Assembly: GCA_001600695.1 (NCBI GenBank)
Contig: BCKQ01000009.1
Span: 266,913-330,912, forward strand
Source of the DNA: Ascoidea asiatica JCM 7603
Taxonomy: Eukaryota > Fungi > Ascomycota
DNA length: 64,000 bases
Reading direction: 5' to 3'
The notes beneath the pieces were generated by a model. That model saw only the letters and a list, made by a program, of their open reading frames with translations, had not been told where the DNA came from and did no database searches. Both the position numbers and the translations under genes were made by a program. Numbering within the stretch: position 1 is the stretch's first letter; each line of letters opens with the position of its first letter. Below are positions 59,201 to 64,000 of this stretch, one piece after another.

Positions 59201-60404
59201 ATATGGATATTTATCTGCAACAATCTGGGATTATTCATCTTCAAGTCCAGACATATGTGGTAGAACAGAGATTCAATTAGAACCATCAAGATTCACGGAT
59301 GATGGATTACCGCAAGATATCTGGGTTGATTTTTCTCAAGGTGGTCGATTATTATTACAAGTTTCAATGGAAAGTGATAGAATTGATGCTTTATTTTGTC
59401 TTGGTAAAGCATTTAGATCAATTGCAAGATCAAGAGATAGAATTGCGAGATTATTAGTTTCAAAATTTTCACCATTTATAAAATTTATGTTTTCAAGACA
59501 AAATCTTAAAATAGCATGTGGTAATAATGGATTGATTAAACCAAAAAATGATTCAGATATTAATATATTGTGCCATTATTTAGTTGATAATTTTTCTACA
59601 TTAGGTGACTCGTTAACAACTGATTTATTACTAAAAGTTATGATGGAAACATGGACAGTTGTTTTAATAAGTATAGATGAGTTACTATTACCATCACTAA
59701 GTAGTGTTAAAGGATTTTCATTAAAAAATGTTAATAGATGGACAGCAGCTATGGCAAATGGAGTTTCAAGATTAGGTATTTCAAATAATAGACCATTAAC
59801 AATGAATGAAATCGGAACAGTGTTTATGTGGTTAGATAGTTTATGTCAATTTTTTTATAATAATGGTAGTGGACCACCATTAGAAGAATTGAAAGGATCG
59901 GCTAAATATCAGCTTTTATATTTAATTCCAATGAATTATGGTGATAATGCAATATCCTTAAAGCAACAAATAAATGGCATGGCGGAAGATGTTTCAAAAG
60001 AATTACAAGCTCATAATTATTTTGATATTGAAAATACAACGAACAACAATAGCAATAATAATAATAATAATAATAATAAAGGGAATAGAAGTAATAATAT
60101 AAATACCAGGGGAAATAGTAGTGGACGAGGTAGATTTGGTAGACAATTATCAAGAGCTGTGACAATTGCAAGATCTAAAACAATAATGGCTAATGGAAGT
60201 GCACGATCAAGAAGAAAAACAGAAGATGAAGCTAAAAGAGCTCAATCAATGATTTCAAGTATTTCACGAGAAGATATTTTACTAAGAATCTTAACTTTGA
60301 AAGGTGAAGAAGAAAAAGCTTATGTTGCTCAACGACTTCAGCAAAGGGAAAAATTGGCTAACATGTTTCATTTTGACAGACTTGCTAGATCATTAAATAG
60401 TTGA
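56247..60404 (+). CDS. MHD1-C2-MHD2 (Munc13-homology) protein, YOR296W/Git1-like
   Basis: DYRNEPRF, C2 domain FSVRVVRAEGL...NPEWDEEF..TIWD..CGR, GGRLLLQVSMES..DALF.GKAFR, and FFYNNGSGPP. Confidence 0.85.
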   Translation: MSILRQGSLNSQFSDISVTASLKELVLQDESTIIDESDLYQQVLKFAIFDYRNEPRFKIPIRKSSNTTSTTTTSSSTSTSLSQYSHSRAASSILHPHSASSLTPSYTDDSQRDSRKTSNRRSFMRDREKDRDKSPLRYSTYSSSKIMGHLGFLSDKNDDTKLSKDTIKNLRKALQDKIFGSSKNNNYTPTTKRCLGSLVNTLLEADFIENVKTPGFLVLRYTSLVRKEFISMKLLDDPKSQMSEETKEEFHNQIQIFIKIFINVLSKEKNSEAHISTLKILQEQYNNEDSNHHQIPAINAPTSFIEEEFLQPSFLLSDMATAKFVGNLFEVDPITLQTDIEKLKNQCTESCIQHDFKKLLNNLALDKASYKKEDFDSLEDYQSWKNHESEVLTSMLGKMKISGTSIESDSFLFLPSTQEKSRLYYSKLIEKCILFDSNNPTLNNIFSNISIDLIEDIAKYWRIEFSARCSLIYSACHCTILSINSTSDYISKSKDVSVICQRIAEQSGAELDATEWPELDRKLWIKNLVMSYVQVMENIKDCLSNIFSFPKFTIHTSFLNELASDPAFEYIHNSKLPKKWIKNFKLALREATITEYKDILDSVPKDKTLQLYHVNDVADKIINLIQTIQKKYSKPLLGEIYRSTSIARHFLTAFANDSRSMLLHIRKNINKDDIILGEAITLYKTMTEIRSIYKQVTDKTTFSFNLEDYFFRYALDFVDNSAQKIPIFIKNAFEGDDFSLPKLEPEINSIEGLTPEMKDKVGDKPLIQRNRISFSVTSIFKIINQTVSSIRDLQWEDEYQEAFLYTNLVKVISDGLVYYSNLAYSMVENDLKEVQDTSDISSEKDNEEEGTGKFLLNIRAAVSMNKVTPPKPFKFKSRTCVALNNLQAILDHINQLDKQINPEGISKIIKENDEKYEERTKGYLFSVRVVRAEGLKANRSNGLPDTNVLIADAIEKKQICKTNIIKEDNNPEWDEEFELGVPVGKYGYLSATIWDYSSSSPDICGRTEIQLEPSRFTDDGLPQDIWVDFSQGGRLLLQVSMESDRIDALFCLGKAFRSIARSRDRIARLLVSKFSPFIKFMFSRQNLKIACGNNGLIKPKNDSDINILCHYLVDNFSTLGDSLTTDLLLKVMMETWTVVLISIDELLLPSLSSVKGFSLKNVNRWTAAMANGVSRLGISNNRPLTMNEIGTVFMWLDSLCQFFYNNGSGPPLEELKGSAKYQLLYLIPMNYGDNAISLKQQINGMAEDVSKELQAHNYFDIENTTNNNSNNNNNNNNKGNRSNNINTRGNSSGRGRFGRQLSRAVTIARSKTIMANGSARSRRKTEDEAKRAQSMISSISREDILLRILTLKGEEEKAYVAQRLQQREKLANMFHFDRLARSLNS

Positions 60405-61119
60405 GCCAAACGAGATTGATATATTAAATATTTTCAATATTTTATATTTAGTATTTCCATAATAATATTTGTGTATAGGTATAAACTATATTGATATATT
60501 AATACTAATACTGATATACCGAAATATATAAAAATCTTTTTAACAAGCATTTTAAATTACCTAACAATATGGACAAATCAGTCCCATTTCGAAAGAAGGT
60601 TTCAGAGTGTGGATATTATGCTTTTTTAAGCATTTTCACACATTTATTTTCATTTAAGAATTGGATTTTGTTAGCAAATTGGCATAAAAGTGATTCCTGT
60701 TTCGAGAGGCTTTATAATAAAAATCCATTTTTATGGTTACAATACTTGATAATAATTGACTTATAATTTGTGCCGTTGCATTACCCTGATAGCCTCAGAA
60801 ATTAAAAAAAAAGATACAAAATTGAGGTTTAAACGTTGTTGCTATTTTGTTGTTTTAATGAAAAGTTCAAACGAATTTACCAGATAATCATAGATTTTTT
60901 TTTCTAAACTAAGTGTAATTTCATTAATTGTCCCTACAACTTTTTTTTTTTAAAGATTGATGGTTACACAAACTATGGTCAAAAAAAGTGTGGCGATTAA
61001 GAGCCAGTAGAGCCAGATACTAAAGGCGCGGGGGCAGGTATTCACCCGCCCGGTAGGATTGTATTTTTGTGGCGCAGTAATATATTAACACCAGTAGAAC
61101 AGTAAAACTTTTACACTTA

Positions 61120-61780
61120 TTTGCCTGCAATAATTTTAAATACATGAGACGTACAGTGGGCCTGTATCTAGTGAAATCACTTGCAATTTATCAAAATAAC
61201 TACAATTTGCTTTTGATATTTTACAAATGTTTTCACGCAAAAATGAGTAGAAAACGCCCTAAATAGAATGTGCCAATTAAACAGTGATGAAGGGTGATTC
61301 GTCAAAAAAACGATTTTTGAAACATTTTTTTGGTTTCTCAAAGCAAATAACCTCCCCCAAAGTAGCACCTTAAAAAAGAACTACTAACCCTACCCAAATT
61401 TAACTAGCAGTCGAACTTAGAAGAGCCACTGAAAATTGAGGAGAATTCCTAAATTACTTAGTCAATAGTCCACGGACCGAATACTCTCTCGCACCTTATT
61501 CTTTTTACAAAATAAAGGCTCTTCTATGTTCTTCAGTATTGAAATTTGGGTAGGGTTAGCAACTGTTCTTGGTGGCGGCATTATTAAACCAAATTTTAAA
61601 GTGTCAGGCGATACTAATAACAATTTTGGGTTGTGTTTAACGAGTAGTTAAATGTGGGGTCTGCGCATGTATCCCAATGCTTTTTGCGCTGAATATTTTT
61701 AGGTTTAAATGTTATGCAGGTTTATCAAAACGTATGCAGATGCACTTTTGGTTGCAGTACATATTTATTTTTGTTATGTG
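61120..61780 (+). ncRNA. Candidate telomerase RNA (TER/TLC1-like); ends approximate
   Basis: No long ORF. Nested helices 61124-40/61704-20, 61141-50/61659-71, arm 61205-61348 and arm 61376-61570 (perfect 18-bp and 10-bp stems). C-rich terminally redundant segment 61350-61370 lies between the two arms. AUUUUUG at 61767-61773. Confidence 0.5.
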
Positions 61781-62994
61781 AAATTTTTTTAATTTATAAT
61801 TGTGTTCACCCGCAATGAAGGTGCTTTCAAGTCTGGAGGTAACAACACGTAGGGAAAGAAATAGAGGTGAGTGATTTGCCTATTTATTTAGCTTTTGGAG
61901 ATCAAAACACACTTTATTTCTCGTAGAATATTGTAATTCGCTAATTAATCACCGCCAACTAAAACATTAGAACAGTATTTTGAGAAAGATCTAAGAGACT
62001 AGAAATATGTAAAAATAAAGAATATAGAATAAGAAAAAGAAATTCAATCAAATTCAGGCAAGTAAGATCAGACGTGAACATAAATTAGTATAAATGAAAC
62101 GTAAGCAACCGATAAAAACAAAATTATCACAAGTATGGTAAATTGGGGAGAGGAATCTGCAAAAATTTCAATAGAGCAACGTTTGAATAAAAATCTGTCT
62201 AGCTAACTTTCACATTGCCTTTTTTCTGTTTCCAGCCTCATTTCCTACCATCATCGTATTTGCAGTAGATTATGAGTATAAAAACTGTGTTTCCCAAAAG
62301 TCAATTTTCTTTTTCTCTTTCATTCCCTCCTTTTCATTTAGTTTATCCTTTATTATAGTTTCTTGTATAAACACAGTATACTATGATAGTGGTGTTTGAT
62401 ATAATTTTACATACTTTAATTCAGATAGACTCCAATTGAAAACGTCGTATCATATAGTCTTTGGAAACTATTTTTTTATTGACTTTACTTAAATTATGAA
62501 AGTAATTGTTTTACTTTTATTTTCAACATTAAAATCACCTGAATTTTTACTTATTCTAACTTTCATTATTAATTGACAATCTTAAAATTCAAAATAATAA
62601 TTTTATAATTTTAACTAATTTTTTATTGATATATTAACTGATTTTCTCTGTTTTTTTTTTGAAATTTTGTTTCAAATACTTACACATCTGAATATATGTA
62701 TATTTAAAGATCTGTATACCTGTTTCTTTACAAACTCATTAAAATATTAACAAATCTTCCAGCTTTGTGATATTTGAATTTTGCTAACAACACCTCTGTT
62801 AAACGGAATACAGCATTTACCAGCCTAGCCAGGTTGTTATACTTTTATTACTTTACTAACGTTACAGATTTCTATTTTTGACTATTATTTTCCAAAGTAA
62901 AATACAGATAATACTTGTAACTTTACTTTATAGCATTATTATAATCCTTTTACTTCTAAAAATCAATTCCAATATTCACATTATTCTAAATTAA

Positions 62995-64000
62995 ATGAGT
63001 TTTCAAAACAAGTTTATAAATTTTAGTCAATCAAGTTCTATTTTATCACCTAAATCTTCAATTCCATTACCCGAAACTACTATCTATTTACCATTACCAC
63101 TATATAATAATAATAATAATAATACTAGTAATATTAATAATTTTAATAATAATAATAATAATAATTACATTGATAGTAATATCAATAATAATATTAATAA
63201 TACTAATAAAAATATCGATAATACTAATATTAATAACAGCAATAATAACTACTTATATAGCAAGTACCACTATAATAACAATATAAACAATAACTTTAGC
63301 AACAATATAAACTACAATCTAAACTACAATAACGGTATTTCACTTATGAATCTAAATCAAAAATTAAATCAAGCGGTAAATCAAGAATTGAAACAAGAAA
63401 TAAATAAAGAAGCAATTCAAGATTCAAATAATATCCAAAATCATGAATCGAATGTTGAATTAACTCTAGAATCTAATCAAGATCCAAAAAGAATTAAAAA
63501 ACAGAGAACCAGAAGAGCATGCGATGCCTGTAATTCAAAAAGAACGAGATGTAATGGTGGTAATCCTTGTGAACGTTGTATAAGAACAAATAAAAATTGT
63601 ACATATTTAAGAGATGAAAAAAAAAGAGGTAGAGCAAGTGATAAATATCCAAAAGATCCAAAAAAAAGAAAATTTCAGAAAATGATTTATGATGAAGAAA
63701 TGCGTAATCGTTCAATTCAAGTAAATCCTTCAAATCAAATAAATCCATTAAATTCTTTAACAAGTACAGAAAATAATGAAAATCCTGAAAATTTTAATAA
63801 CACTTTAAATTCTTTAGCTTCATTTATACCTCAAGAAAATAGCCTTTCTACACCATCTGATTCATCTAATCTGCCCAATCTACTTAATCCTTTTAATAGT
63901 ATACATCCTATAGCTCAAACAAATGAACCAATATATTCACTACCAAACTTAAATTCTCTGCCAAATCCTTTAAATGAAAATCCAATTTCTTATACAGGAA
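62995..64000 (+). CDS. Partial Zn(II)2Cys6 transcription factor, XlnR/Xyr1-like DNA-binding domain
   Basis: ATG at 62995 (in-frame TAA just upstream), open to the window end. Asn-rich N-terminus, then RTRRACDACNSKRTRCNGGNPCERCIRTNKNCTYLRDEKKRGRAS (Cys at 63520-63600). Confidence 0.88.
   Translation, partial: MSFQNKFINFSQSSSILSPKSSIPLPETTIYLPLPLYNNNNNNTSNINNFNNNNNNNYIDSNINNNINNTNKNIDNTNINNSNNNYLYSKYHYNNNINNNFSNNINYNLNYNNGISLMNLNQKLNQAVNQELKQEINKEAIQDSNNIQNHESNVELTLESNQDPKRIKKQRTRRACDACNSKRTRCNGGNPCERCIRTNKNCTYLRDEKKRGRASDKYPKDPKKRKFQKMIYDEEMRNRSIQVNPSNQINPLNSLTSTENNENPENFNNTLNSLASFIPQENSLSTPSDSSNLPNLLNPFNSIHPIAQTNEPIYSLPNLNSLPNPLNENPISYTG

Noticed and set aside
61087-61116. Alternative template ACAC...ACAC (25-nt period)
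   Set aside because: The predicted repeat is G-poor, there is no clear boundary helix, and it lies outside the enclosing helices.
61384-61395. CTAACCCTACCC as the telomerase template (resembles the TTAGGG-type template) or an interstitial telomere repeat
   Set aside because: It is locked in a perfect 18-bp helix with 61542-61559 and is not tandemly repeated. A template should be single-stranded. Revisit if telomeres prove to be TTAGGG/TAGGG-like.
61376-61570. MITE or terminal inverted repeat; also TACTAAC at 61382 as an intron branch point
   Set aside because: No target-site duplication or second copy in the window, and the bulged nested helices look RNA-like. No convincing donor site or flanking exons. 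Not excluded without a genome-wide search.
61120-61830. SRP RNA, RNase P/MRP, U1/U2/U4/U5 or snR30
   Set aside because: I could not find their hallmark motifs (SRP helix 8, P4 CR-I/CR-V, ACUUACCU, GUAGUA branch-pairing region, U5 loop I, m1/m2) on either strand.

Overview
Very AT-rich, intron-poor budding-yeast (Saccharomycotina) chromosomal segment. Asn-rich proteins and mixed CTG usage suggest an Ascoidea-like lineage (inference only). It holds about 22 protein-coding genes: a partial Asn-rich gene at the left edge, SFP1, a peroxisomal D-amino-acid oxidase, SKG3/CAF120, TSR1, a Tim17-like protein, a 2OG-Fe(II) dioxygenase-like protein, DIA4, MRPL13, RVS167-like, a DHA2 MFS transporter, NDT80, a Fus2-like RhoGEF, MAS1, MIC26, an Fmp48/Ksp1-family kinase, CCDC124/LSO2, MCO32-like, UAF30/TRI1, two tandem Munc13-homology (YOR296W/Git1-like) genes, and a partial XlnR-like Zn2Cys6 factor at the right edge that the ORF track missed. 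The main finding is an unannotated, highly base-paired non-coding block at ~61.1-61.8 kb laid out like a yeast telomerase RNA: boundary helix, C-rich template predicting a 17-nt repeat GGGGGAGGTGCTACTTT, long bulged arm, enclosing helices and an Sm-like site. Other notable signals are CTG codons at both conserved-Leu and conserved-Ser positions, and kilobase ATG-free leaders, one with a single uORF just before SFP1. All homology calls come from remembered family motifs and all RNA folds were done by eye; no searches were run. No tRNA, rRNA or transposon was recognised.
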